IMG/VR virus record: IMGVR_UViG_3300042878_000174
Span: 1-63,168 of that record
Direction: 5' to 3' (one strand)
DNA: 63,168 nucleotides
Source of the DNA: a virus
Lineage: Duplodnaviria; Caudoviricetes
Shown: positions 17,389-25,500 of the stretch, in pieces
Layout: every line of letters starts with the position of its first letter
Numbering within the stretch: the stretch's first letter is position 1
Notes under the pieces: model-generated
What the model was told of the DNA's origin: nothing
The model's database searches: none
What the model saw: only the letters and a program-made list of their open reading frames with translations
Position numbers and translations under genes: made by a program

Positions 17389-18810
17389 ATGGCAACTGCA
17401 AATCAAACCCTCAAGCTTCAAATTGCACGTATCAAAAACACCGTGCTCAATGGGGCAATGCTCCAGTTCAAAGGCCGTCCCATGGCCAACAAAACCGAAG
17501 CCATGGAGGCACTGGCTGAAATGGTTATCGCGGGTAGCATCACCCTTGAAATGATTCAAGCCGCCCCTGAGACGGCCATCAGCGCGACTGAGTCAGTCGA
17601 TGCCTCTATGGTGCAAGCCGTGGGGAGTGTGGCATCACGTGCCGAGCAAGTGGCACTCGATGCCCTAAAGCTTGGCATCAAGGCCGAGGCCATGGCCGGA
17701 AACCTTGAGAGCGTGATCACTGAATTGCGCGATGACCTCAAGGCCATGGGCAAGCAAGCCGCCAAGGGCATCGATGCCGCCTCGATCCAAGCGCAAGTGA
17801 CCAAGGCCGTGGCCGATGCATTCAAGCCCTTTAATGAGGCCGTGCAAGCCACTGGCTCACATGCGACAGTCGCGGCCATGGCATCGGTGCATGTCATCGA
17901 TCGCAAGCCCTGTCTTGACGTGTTCGGCATTGATCTGCGCGACATGAAGGGCGACCCCATGATGGTTGACATTTACAACGCACCCGATGCCCCGCCTGTA
18001 GATCCTCACTTTGTGTGGACTGAGGGCATTTTGCGTCACTTCATTTTGTCTCAAGACACTGGCGAAAACACGTTCATGGGAGGCGATAAAGGCACTGGTA
18101 AAAGTCAAAGTGCCGCCCAGTGGGCAAGCCGCACAGGCCGCCCCTACGTGCGCTATAACTTTCACAAGCAAACCACTGCCGACGATTACGCGGGTGCTCA
18201 GGCCTTGGAAAATGGTTCGAGTGTGTTTAAACGTGGCGACTTTTTACAGGCATACGTCAGCCCCGCGACCGTGATTCTGCTCGATGAAATTAGCTTTGCG
18301 AATGCGGGAAACCTTGCCACATTGAACGGCTTTTTGGAGGCCGATGCCGTGGTGAACTATGGCGGCATGACGCATCGCAAGGCACAAGGTGTCATGATTT
18401 TTGGGGCTGATAACACATTCGGCAATGGCGATGAAACAGGCCGTTATGCGGGGACAACCCCCATGAACTCGGCAACCCTCGATCGCTTTAGCCGCATTGT
18501 GCCGTTTACTTTCATGCCCCTTGACTTGGAAACCAAGGCCGTGGTCAATCGCACTGGATGCGATCCTCGCCTCGCTGAACACGTGCTCAAGGCCATCAAT
18601 GTGGCGAGGGCTAAGGCGAAGACAGGCGACATTGTAGAAGCCCCCTCGATTCGCTCTGTAATGTCATTCATTCGAGCCGTCAAGGTAATGACCGTAGATG
18701 AGGCTTGGAAGACAACCGTGGCCGCACGTCAGCCCTCTGAGTCAGCCCCAGTGCTTGAGTCGATAAAGCTTTCATGCATCGATTCCAAGCTGATCAGCAC
18801 TTTAATTTAA
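17389..18810 (+). CDS. MoxR/CbbQ/CobS-type AAA+ ATPase
   Basis: Walker A GDKGTGKS, Walker B ILLDE, ADNT.G.G...GRY.G, NSATLDRF, PSIR. Confidence 0.88.
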   Translation: MATANQTLKLQIARIKNTVLNGAMLQFKGRPMANKTEAMEALAEMVIAGSITLEMIQAAPETAISATESVDASMVQAVGSVASRAEQVALDALKLGIKAEAMAGNLESVITELRDDLKAMGKQAAKGIDAASIQAQVTKAVADAFKPFNEAVQATGSHATVAAMASVHVIDRKPCLDVFGIDLRDMKGDPMMVDIYNAPDAPPVDPHFVWTEGILRHFILSQDTGENTFMGGDKGTGKSQSAAQWASRTGRPYVRYNFHKQTTADDYAGAQALENGSSVFKRGDFLQAYVSPATVILLDEISFANAGNLATLNGFLEADAVVNYGGMTHRKAQGVMIFGADNTFGNGDETGRYAGTTPMNSATLDRFSRIVPFTFMPLDLETKAVVNRTGCDPRLAEHVLKAINVARAKAKTGDIVEAPSIRSVMSFIRAVKVMTVDEAWKTTVAARQPSESAPVLESIKLSCIDSKLISTLI

Positions 18811-18825
18811 TAGGAGCGTTTAAAC

Positions 18826-19908
18826 ATGAAGAACACTTATTTTGGTTGGGAGTTCCGCCCTGCCGTTGAATTATTCGGGCACAAGGTTTGTGCCGCTTTG
18901 ACACTGCCCTCAGTGACCATCGAATGGTGCGAAGGCACTCAAACTGCCGCCATCAGTTCCAAGGGCAAGATTCGCCTCGCCAACGTGCGCGATGACGCGA
19001 TCATGACTCGCAAAGACCTCGCCAAGTATGTTGGCTTTGTGATCCATGAATTACTGCATCGCAAGTACACCAACTTCAACGTGCGTGCCAATAGCCAATA
19101 CGTTGACGCACTGCACAACGCGATCGAAGACGCTTGGATCGAGTCCACTGCCATCAAGGCGGGACTCACAGGCAACATTGCTGAACTGCTCGGCACTCTC
19201 ATCGATGACATGGCAACGCAAGCCCTTGACCACGTTCAAAGCGATGGCAACAAAATCGACTGGTCAGATCCCGCGCAATACCCCTTTGTGCTTGCAGTGT
19301 ATGCACGTCCCCACGCGACAGTGCAAGTGCCCATGGCCAAGGGCTTGAAGCCCATCTTTGAAGAGGCCGTGAGACGGACTGCCCTGTGCTCTAGTTCATT
19401 CGATACCTTGGCCGTGGCCGTGTGGGTGTATGAGCGTTTAAACATGCTAGACCAAGAGCAACCCCCTCAGCCGCCTGTTAACCCTGAGCCGCCCCCACGT
19501 GGCAAGCCCAGTGACAAGCCCAAGGGCAAAGACGTAGGTCAGCCCTGTGATGATGGCGAACCCGCTGAAGGCGAAGAGGGCGAAGATCAAGGCCAAGGCG
19601 GCACTGGTGAGGGTGAGGGCGAAGACGGCCAAGGCGATGGCGACGACCAAGGCCAAGGCGACAAGGGCAAGGGCGATGCCGAGGGCGAAGGCTCAGGAGA
19701 CGGCCAAGGCGAGGCTGAGGGCGACGATCAAGGCGAGGGCGGGGGTGGGATAGCACGTCCCCCAGTGCGCGTGAATGCGGCCAACGTAGAGCCTCAGAAC
19801 CGCGCCCCTAAGGGCACTGAGTCCACAGGCACTTACTCTGCACAATTCCGCTTGGCACGTGATGCGTACCACGTGGGCGACTCTCCTAAATTTAACTTGA
19901 AAGGCTGA
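18826..19908 (+). CDS. CobT-N-like HExxH domain protein with Gly/Asp/Glu-rich tail
   Basis: FVIHELLH..YT...HNAIEDAWIE followed by a long GEGEDQG acidic region. Confidence 0.8.
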   Translation: MKNTYFGWEFRPAVELFGHKVCAALTLPSVTIEWCEGTQTAAISSKGKIRLANVRDDAIMTRKDLAKYVGFVIHELLHRKYTNFNVRANSQYVDALHNAIEDAWIESTAIKAGLTGNIAELLGTLIDDMATQALDHVQSDGNKIDWSDPAQYPFVLAVYARPHATVQVPMAKGLKPIFEEAVRRTALCSSSFDTLAVAVWVYERLNMLDQEQPPQPPVNPEPPPRGKPSDKPKGKDVGQPCDDGEPAEGEEGEDQGQGGTGEGEGEDGQGDGDDQGQGDKGKGDAEGEGSGDGQGEAEGDDQGEGGGGIARPPVRVNAANVEPQNRAPKGTESTGTYSAQFRLARDAYHVGDSPKFNLKG

Positions 19909-19910
19909 TC

Positions 19911-20597
19911 ATGATTCCCGCCAAATTACGTTATGAAGTTAAGCGTTTGTTTGAGAACACCGCGACCGAATCATTCGAGCGCAACCTTAAGTCAGGCCGT
20001 TTAAACGTTCGGGCACTGACCAAGCATTCCATCAGCCCCAATCTGTTTCAGCGCAGATATGAGGAAGAGGGAATCGACTCTGCCGTGGTCATTCTGCTTG
20101 ACGTGTCCGGCTCGATGTATGACGGCATCAGGGGCAAGGCCGGACAACCCCGCACAACCCGCATGGCATCAGCCGCCCCTACGTGCGCGGCTCTGCTTGA
20201 AACCCTGAGCGCGGCTCAAGTGGCGACTGCCCTTGTGACATTCGACGATTACACGTCAGTGCTTAAGCCTTGGAACATGAATCACAAAAAGGCGATCACC
20301 CTCTTGGAGTCCATCGATGGCATGGGCGGCTCAGATGACGCGACCGCCCTCGCGCACGTGCACAACATGCTCTACAGGCGGCCTGAGCAGAGGCGGCTCT
20401 GCTTTGTGCTGACGGACGGCCAAGGCGACATACGTCAGGCCAAGGCTCAAGTGGCATCAGCCGCCCGACTAGGGGTGACAACGATCGGCATCGGCATCAA
20501 TGCTGACGTGTCGCACGTCTACCCGAACCACGTGCAGATCGACTCGCTCGATGACCTAGGCCGAGTCACATTCACCAAGCTTAAGCTTGCCGCCTGA
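19911..20597 (+). CDS. von Willebrand A (MIDAS) domain protein, CobT-C-like
   Basis: SGRLN..AL, VVILLDVSGSM, FVLTDG, IGIGI; GAAAGG RBS. Confidence 0.88.
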   Translation: MIPAKLRYEVKRLFENTATESFERNLKSGRLNVRALTKHSISPNLFQRRYEEEGIDSAVVILLDVSGSMYDGIRGKAGQPRTTRMASAAPTCAALLETLSAAQVATALVTFDDYTSVLKPWNMNHKKAITLLESIDGMGGSDDATALAHVHNMLYRRPEQRRLCFVLTDGQGDIRQAKAQVASAARLGVTTIGIGINADVSHVYPNHVQIDSLDDLGRVTFTKLKLAA

Positions 20598-20614
20598 GGG
20601 GGGCTTACCCCTCA
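20595..20614 (+). other. GC-rich hairpin without U-tract after vWA gene
   Basis: TGAGGGG-GGCTTA-CCCCTCA. Confidence 0.4.
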
Positions 20615-20658
20615 TGACCGTAGTAGAAGATAAGCGTTTAAACACTAGGAGAGAAACC

Positions 20659-20886
20659 ATGGACGGATTAGACAATCATTACTCTGCGCTTTGGGTTGCC
20701 AATGAGCAGAGCGCACGACCGCGCCTCAAGACTTACACCGTGTCAGTGGCCGTTGAAGGCTACGTGGACGTGGTTATTGATGCCGCTAGTAGGGAAGAGG
20801 CCGAAGCCTCAGCCCTCGACAAGGTAGAGGTACAGGGCATGCTTGTAACTGAATTAACAGTAACTGACGTGGAGCAATGGACATGA
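20659..20886 (+). CDS. Small early protein, DpnD/PcfM-like
   Basis: KTYTVSV.......IDAASREEA; AGGAG RBS before ATG at 20659. Confidence 0.65.
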   Translation: MDGLDNHYSALWVANEQSARPRLKTYTVSVAVEGYVDVVIDAASREEAEASALDKVEVQGMLVTELTVTDVEQWT

Positions 20887-21065
20887 AAACCTACAAAGTG
20901 ATTGCCTCGCTGACAACGTACTTTTTTGAGTACGTAGAGGCTGAGAGCGAAGAACAAGCTTATGACATCGCCAAAGACATGGACGGAGGCGCGTTCATCC
21001 CTGTAGACCAAGGCGTGGGGGGTGACTGGTCTATTGATTCAGTTTATGAGGTGACCAATGACTGA
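20883..21065 (+). CDS. Small early protein, DpnD/PcfM-like
   Basis: MKTYKV........VEAESEEQA; ATGA overlap with previous gene. Confidence 0.7.
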   Translation: MKTYKVIASLTTYFFEYVEAESEEQAYDIAKDMDGGAFIPVDQGVGGDWSIDSVYEVTND

Positions 21066-21252
21066 CGCACAAAAAATTAAATGGCTGACCACGGCCTTAC
21101 GTGATCTTGCCATGTCGGCTGATCGATATATTGATGACGGCTCATGGATTGATCACTTGTACAACGATATTCAAGAGGCAAAAAATGCTCTTGCTTATAT
21201 GCAAAAAAACAAAGGGGGGAAGAATGATGCACACACGATGGCAAAAGCTTGA
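21058..21252 (+). CDS. Hypothetical early protein
   Basis: GAGGTG RBS; overlapping operon packing. Confidence 0.6.
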   Translation: MTDAQKIKWLTTALRDLAMSADRYIDDGSWIDHLYNDIQEAKNALAYMQKNKGGKNDAHTMAKA

Positions 21253-21316
21253 GCGAGTACTGCTCTTGGTGGGACTTATTGTCCTGATGCTTGACCTATT
21301 CTATTGGAGGCCATGA
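21224..21316 (+). CDS. 30-aa single-TM early peptide
   Basis: MMHTRWQKLERVLLLVGLIVLMLDLFYWRP; G-rich RBS; ATGA overlap with next gene. Confidence 0.6.
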   Translation: MMHTRWQKLERVLLLVGLIVLMLDLFYWRP

Positions 21317-21579
21317 TGTTTAAACATATTACATCGCACCCTTGGACTGTTGGCCGTCGAGGCCTCAAGACCAGTAACTCAGTTTGGGGATATGAGGGCG
21401 ACCATGGCATTCCGATCGTGGCCGACTGCTTCAGCAAGGGCACTCCCATAGCGACTCAGAGGGCGAATGCCCGACTGATAGCGATCGCCCCTCAAATGTT
21501 CGAGATCATTCAGAAGATGCACGGCAACGCTGAGGCCATGGCCTTGGTGGCTTACATGGAGAAAAGCCATGAAGATTAG
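21313..21579 (+). CDS. Conserved phage early protein (ANARLIA.AP motif)
   Basis: HITSHPW...ANARLIAIAP; GGAGG RBS. Confidence 0.7.
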   Translation: MMFKHITSHPWTVGRRGLKTSNSVWGYEGDHGIPIVADCFSKGTPIATQRANARLIAIAPQMFEIIQKMHGNAEAMALVAYMEKSHED

Positions 21580-21808
21580 AACCCCAAAAGACCAAGACTT
21601 TGAACGCATTTACAAGGCCTATGCGGGGCTGATTGAATGGATCGGAGGCAATGACGTAGACGGACAGGAAACCCTTGGCCTACTTGTCAAAGCCTCGGTG
21701 GCCTTGGCCGTGTCGAATGATGTCTCAAAAGAGGACATGTTGGAGGTGGTGGGTGTTACGTATGAAATGGAACGCATGATGCGTCCCCCATCAGGCGAAG
21801 TGCATTGA
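21569..21808 (+). CDS. Hypothetical early protein
   Basis: GGAG RBS; overlaps neighbours. Confidence 0.65.
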   Translation: MKIRTPKDQDFERIYKAYAGLIEWIGGNDVDGQETLGLLVKASVALAVSNDVSKEDMLEVVGVTYEMERMMRPPSGEVH

Positions 21809-22050
21809 TGTTCAAGGTCAAAGCAATAACCCATCATGCACCCGATTTTCTCAAAGCCGCTTACAAACACGGAAACATAATAGATCTTATGAATCATGAA
21901 CGCTTCATAGAAATTGGCGAGGCCTACATCACGTTTGCCGCGCCTAAAAGTTTCCGAGTTTATAAGATGGGACAACATCGAGTGCCCCGATATTGTGGTC
22001 AATACGATTCAATCATGCGTGCAGCTTTTTATGCACGTTTAAACAGGTGA
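21805..22050 (+). CDS. Hypothetical early protein
   Basis: Last ORF before the terminator; overlaps previous stop. Confidence 0.55.
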   Translation: MMFKVKAITHHAPDFLKAAYKHGNIIDLMNHERFIEIGEAYITFAAPKSFRVYKMGQHRVPRYCGQYDSIMRAAFYARLNR

Positions 22051-22094
22051 CGCTGTCGCTGCTGTCCGCTGCTGGCTGCTGTGGACGTTTAAAC

Positions 22095-22120
22095 AGGGGG
22101 CATTTAGCCCCCTTTTTTTT
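22095..22120 (+). terminator. Rho-independent terminator ending the early operon
   Basis: AGGGGGC-ATTTA-GCCCCCT followed by a T run, at a convergent junction. Confidence 0.85.
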
Positions 22121-22508
22121 ACCAAATTAAATCGTCTAACAAGTTTATAAACATGGGGGTACGCTCACCCACATAAGCCCCTCGGATATTGAACTCGTAA
22201 TACTCTGCGGCCTCGTCCCGATCCATGCCGTCCCGCTCACATAGAACATCAATGATCTTAGATATATCGTAGACCACGGCCTCACGCATACCAATGCGCT
22301 CAGAAATGCCAACGATTGCCGCATCAAACTCAGGCTCTGACAGAAATAATAATTCCCCATCCCCGTATTGATTAAAATGTTCACGTATGTTTAAACGATA
22401 GTCCTGAAGTTGAGCTGGAGCTTCAGGAGTGTTTAAACGCTTTGAGCTGGCCAGCTCACCTGCAAGCTCACCAGATGAGCCACCCTTGTTTAAACGATTA
22501 GAAGGCAT
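22119..22508 (-). CDS. Conserved phage hypothetical protein
   Basis: FDAAIVG......AVVYD..K....L...DGM...EA.EY.EFNI.GAYVGE.TP.F; the first ~40 codons coincide with DNA palindromes, so the start is uncertain. Confidence 0.7.
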   Translation of the reverse strand: MPSNRLNKGGSSGELAGELASSKRLNTPEAPAQLQDYRLNIREHFNQYGDGELLFLSEPEFDAAIVGISERIGMREAVVYDISKIIDVLCERDGMDRDEAAEYYEFNIRGAYVGERTPMFINLLDDLIW

Positions 22509-24180
22509 CTAGATTCTCCGAGTAAGTTCCTGCCGTTTTGTTGTAAAGCATTGTTGTTTCCCCTTGTGTACCCACCCACCGATAGCGACATTTCCACACT
22601 GCAATTTCTACGTGGTGCTCTTTGCGATGGACAGTCAATCCGCAGTCGGTCTTTGCCCACCACGCCATCGATCCCGCAATCGACATTCCGTCGGGGCGAG
22701 GTTGCTCCATTCCGTGTCGGGTCACCTTAGATGGGTGAGCGATGAACCAAGTATGAACGTCATGTGCCTTGCAGAACTTCTGAACCCTCGTCAGCATATC
22801 GCTGATGGCCGCAGTCTCTGTGCCGTCGCCCTTGGGTAACTCTATGTAGTTATATGGGTCAATGACTAAGCCTCTAACACCCATGCGCTTGACTGCCGCA
22901 CGTGCCCTCTCAAGTATCGAGTCCAACGTGCTTGGCTCTTCTCCGTTCGTATCGATGAACAAGAAATGATCCTTAACGAATTTAAACGCTATGTCTTTGT
23001 CCTGTTCCGTCATTCTGTCTTTGCCTTCAAAGAACCTACGCTTGGTGTAGATCTCCATGAGCCTACTGATATGGATCTCAGGCTGATTCTCAAATGAACA
23101 CACTGCGAACTTCCACTGATGATCACGTGCAAGGTTGACCATGATCTGATCAATGAAGTTGGACTTACCCGATGAAGGGTAGCCCGTTACAACAGTGAGT
23201 TGTGCCGGTGCGACTGTGTAAACGCTATCGACCGACGAGTACCCTGTTGAGAACCCCTTGCCCGTGCCCTTTGTATAAAGATCGTTTAAACGATCAAAGT
23301 ACGTCCCAGCATCGCTGATTCCTGAGATCGGATACGCAGCGGCAGAGTCTATGACTTTAAACACCTCACCAGTCCGTGCCGGGTCGTCAAGATGTACCTC
23401 GTTTAAATCCTTCTTGGCAAACTTGGCCAGCCGACATTTCTCTTTGCCGATCCTTCGGGCTAGTTCTTCTGCGAGTGCTTGCCCTGCGTTGTCCTGATCC
23501 GTGGCTAAGACTACGTAGGGTGCGGCATCAATGATCTCTCTTGCGTTCCATACATAGGCAAACTTCTTATCCTCGGACGGCAAGACCTTACCATCAGCCA
23601 CCTTGATCGGAGCACCCGATGGCACACTCACTACGTTCTCGATGCCTAGTTCGAGGAGGGTCAAGCAGTCTATCTCCCCCTCTACAATGATTAAAGGCTC
23701 ACCCTTCTTGACCATATCAATGCCAAAGAAGTCATGAGCACCGCCTGAGTCTTGGGTAAAGTCTTTGTCGGGGAATGATCGGTACTTGGCCGCGACCAAT
23801 GCACCGTTGCGGAAGTAAGGAAAGCCAATTGCATCTGCGCTTCGACCTAACTTACCAAAATACTTCTCTGATGCAAACAGCTTCATCTTGTCTGCTGTCT
23901 GTTGTGAAATGCCCCGCTGCTGTAACCAGTCGTAGTGTAAACGCTCTAGTTTGTTTGAAACAATCGTTGGGTTGGGAACTGCTGACAATTTTCTCTCCTG
24001 TTGTGGTTGTACTGAGCCGCTTGTCTGGCAATGATGGCAGTGGAACACGACCGCCCCGTCTTCTTTGCGGGTTAAGGTCATGTCCTTTGAGTTAGCCTTC
24101 TTGCGTTCTGTCGAGCAATAAGGGCAAGCTACCCTCGTTGACTCGTTGAAGTGGAATTGATCCACAAAAGCAGGAGTCAT
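22498..24180 (-). CDS. T7 gp4/Twinkle-like primase-helicase
   Basis: CPYC..CHHC zinc finger, TOPRIM IVEGEID and DQDNAG, Walker A GYPSSGKS, VIDPYN, AHP.K. Confidence 0.92.
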   Translation of the reverse strand: MTPAFVDQFHFNESTRVACPYCSTERKKANSKDMTLTRKEDGAVVFHCHHCQTSGSVQPQQERKLSAVPNPTIVSNKLERLHYDWLQQRGISQQTADKMKLFASEKYFGKLGRSADAIGFPYFRNGALVAAKYRSFPDKDFTQDSGGAHDFFGIDMVKKGEPLIIVEGEIDCLTLLELGIENVVSVPSGAPIKVADGKVLPSEDKKFAYVWNAREIIDAAPYVVLATDQDNAGQALAEELARRIGKEKCRLAKFAKKDLNEVHLDDPARTGEVFKVIDSAAAYPISGISDAGTYFDRLNDLYTKGTGKGFSTGYSSVDSVYTVAPAQLTVVTGYPSSGKSNFIDQIMVNLARDHQWKFAVCSFENQPEIHISRLMEIYTKRRFFEGKDRMTEQDKDIAFKFVKDHFLFIDTNGEEPSTLDSILERARAAVKRMGVRGLVIDPYNYIELPKGDGTETAAISDMLTRVQKFCKAHDVHTWFIAHPSKVTRHGMEQPRPDGMSIAGSMAWWAKTDCGLTVHRKEHHVEIAVWKCRYRWVGTQGETTMLYNKTAGTYSENLDAF

Positions 24181-24428
24181 TTCATGCTGCCGTCTGGGTT
24201 ACGTTTAAACGAACGGTTGGCCGCAGCCGGTTTCGCTCGTAAGTTGCTGATGACCGTTGTCCCACCCTTGCTCAAAGGTTTTTTGTGGTCAACGTCTTTG
24301 CCATCTCCCTTGTGCACCACACCTTTTGCTTCAAGCATTCTGCGGGCTTTGTTTCTCTGCGCTCTTTTCTTCTTGACGGCCTCAGTGCCATCGTAGTTAG
24401 CGTATTCCTGTTTGTAATCCCTAGTCAT
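24177..24428 (-). CDS. Small HNH endonuclease-like protein
   Basis: RDYK.EY...KDVDHKKPLSKGG....NLR.....NRS. Confidence 0.8.
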   Translation of the reverse strand: MTRDYKQEYANYDGTEAVKKKRAQRNKARRMLEAKGVVHKGDGKDVDHKKPLSKGGTTVISNLRAKPAAANRSFKRNPDGSMK

Positions 24429-24747
24429 TTTTAATCACTTTCATCACTCGTTGCGATCTACCTGATGCGGCCTTACGCCTTTCGCCAGTGTCGGCAATGA
24501 AACCTTTGCGTATCAAAGGAGCAAACCGAGGTGATATGGTTTGAACACCGTGATGGGGAAAATGTCTCATGACTTCGTCGGACGTACAGCCATTTGGATA
24601 CTTGGCAATGACCTCGTAGACCATTGCTTCAAGCTGAGTTGAGTCTACAGAATTGGCCGCGCTTACGCTAGTGTCCGGATCAGTATTTCGCACCATCTCT
24701 TGCGGTGCTGTACCAAATATTCTGTCAAATAATGATTTTTGTTCCAT
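24421..24747 (-). CDS. Winged-helix DNA-binding protein
   Basis: R.TDP.TS..AA; G.T.DE....ISPR...L...G.I..TGERR...SGRSQRV; AGGAG RBS. Confidence 0.7.
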   Translation of the reverse strand: MEQKSLFDRIFGTAPQEMVRNTDPDTSVSAANSVDSTQLEAMVYEVIAKYPNGCTSDEVMRHFPHHGVQTISPRFAPLIRKGFIADTGERRKAASGRSQRVMKVIKND

Positions 24748-24768
24748 GCTTCTCTCCTATGTTGAAAA

Positions 24769-24972
24769 TTAAAGTTCTAATTCAATTTGCTCAGGTGCGG
24801 TGTAGTTCTCTATTGGTACTCCTTTGTCTAGTTGGTTAATAATATCTTCCTGTGTGGCGACTCGTATTGTCATAATCCCTAATGACACATGCGCTATCGC
24901 TTGTCTGCGGTTGGATGCACGAATCAGCCTGACCTGATCTCCTACGCCTATCGTGTAAACACGTTGCTTCAT
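24769..24972 (-). CDS. Hypothetical protein
   Basis: RLIRA....QAIAHV...RVATQED pattern; GGGGA RBS. Confidence 0.65.
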   Translation of the reverse strand: MKQRVYTIGVGDQVRLIRASNRRQAIAHVSLGIMTIRVATQEDIINQLDKGVPIENYTAPEQIELEL

Positions 24973-24974
24973 GC

Positions 24975-25208
24975 TTATCCCCTTGCTCGGATGCGCTCTG
25001 CAAGGAGTGCCGCATCAACACGCCTATGGTTAGAGACACGATCATCCCGCGCTCTTGCTTCACAAATCATTGCACACTCCTCACGCTCTTGCTCAATGGC
25101 TAATTTAACCAAAGCCACTAAATGTGGCGTTGATACAGTCCACGTTGTGTAATGCTTGTTCTCTTGGATCACTTTGTGCAGTGCCTCTAGAATTTCATCT
25201 TGTTTCAT
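24975..25208 (-). CDS. Hypothetical protein (ERE.CA.IC...IRARG family)
   Basis: EQEREECAMICE...AERIRARG; AGGAG RBS. Confidence 0.7.
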   Translation of the reverse strand: MKQDEILEALHKVIQENKHYTTWTVSTPHLVALVKLAIEQEREECAMICEARARDDRVSNHRRVDAALLAERIRARG

Positions 25209-25500
25209 GTTCTCTCCTTACATATTTTTTTACGAACGTTGGTATGTCCTTGTAGTAATACCATACGTATTTGCCCTTAACACACCATTTACATTTAGAC
25301 ACCGCCACAATGAATTTTCGGTTGACTAGCAAGCCATGCTCATCCTGATCAACCTGACATCCTTGCTCCAATAATGCAATCTCCAGTTCCATTCTGCGTT
25401 GTGGATTACTGTTGAACACATCACTGTCTGCGGTGCGGTCTAGTTCAGCCTGTATCCCTGCTTTTAATGCTTTAATCCTTGCCTCGGTGTCCATATACAC
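25195..25500 (-). CDS. Hypothetical protein, first gene of the replication operon
   Basis: GGGAG RBS lies inside the leader stem; overlaps next gene. Confidence 0.6.
   Translation of the reverse strand: MYMDTEARIKALKAGIQAELDRTADSDVFNSNPQRRMELEIALLEQGCQVDQDEHGLLVNRKFIVAVSKCKWCVKGKYVWYYYKDIPTFVKKYVRREHETR

Noticed and set aside
19885-19913. Programmed frameshift fusing the CobT-N-like and vWA ORFs
   Set aside because: No in-frame slippery heptamer, a TAA closes the vWA frame at 19893-95, and the vWA gene has its own GAAAGG RBS.
17389-20597. Cobalamin biosynthesis auxiliary genes (cobS/cobT)
   Set aside because: No cobN or other cobalamin genes; the motifs support only a generic MoxR-vWA pair.
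21481-21488. HIP1 octamer GCGATCGC suggesting a cyanobacterial host
   Set aside because: Only one copy noticed, consistent with chance.
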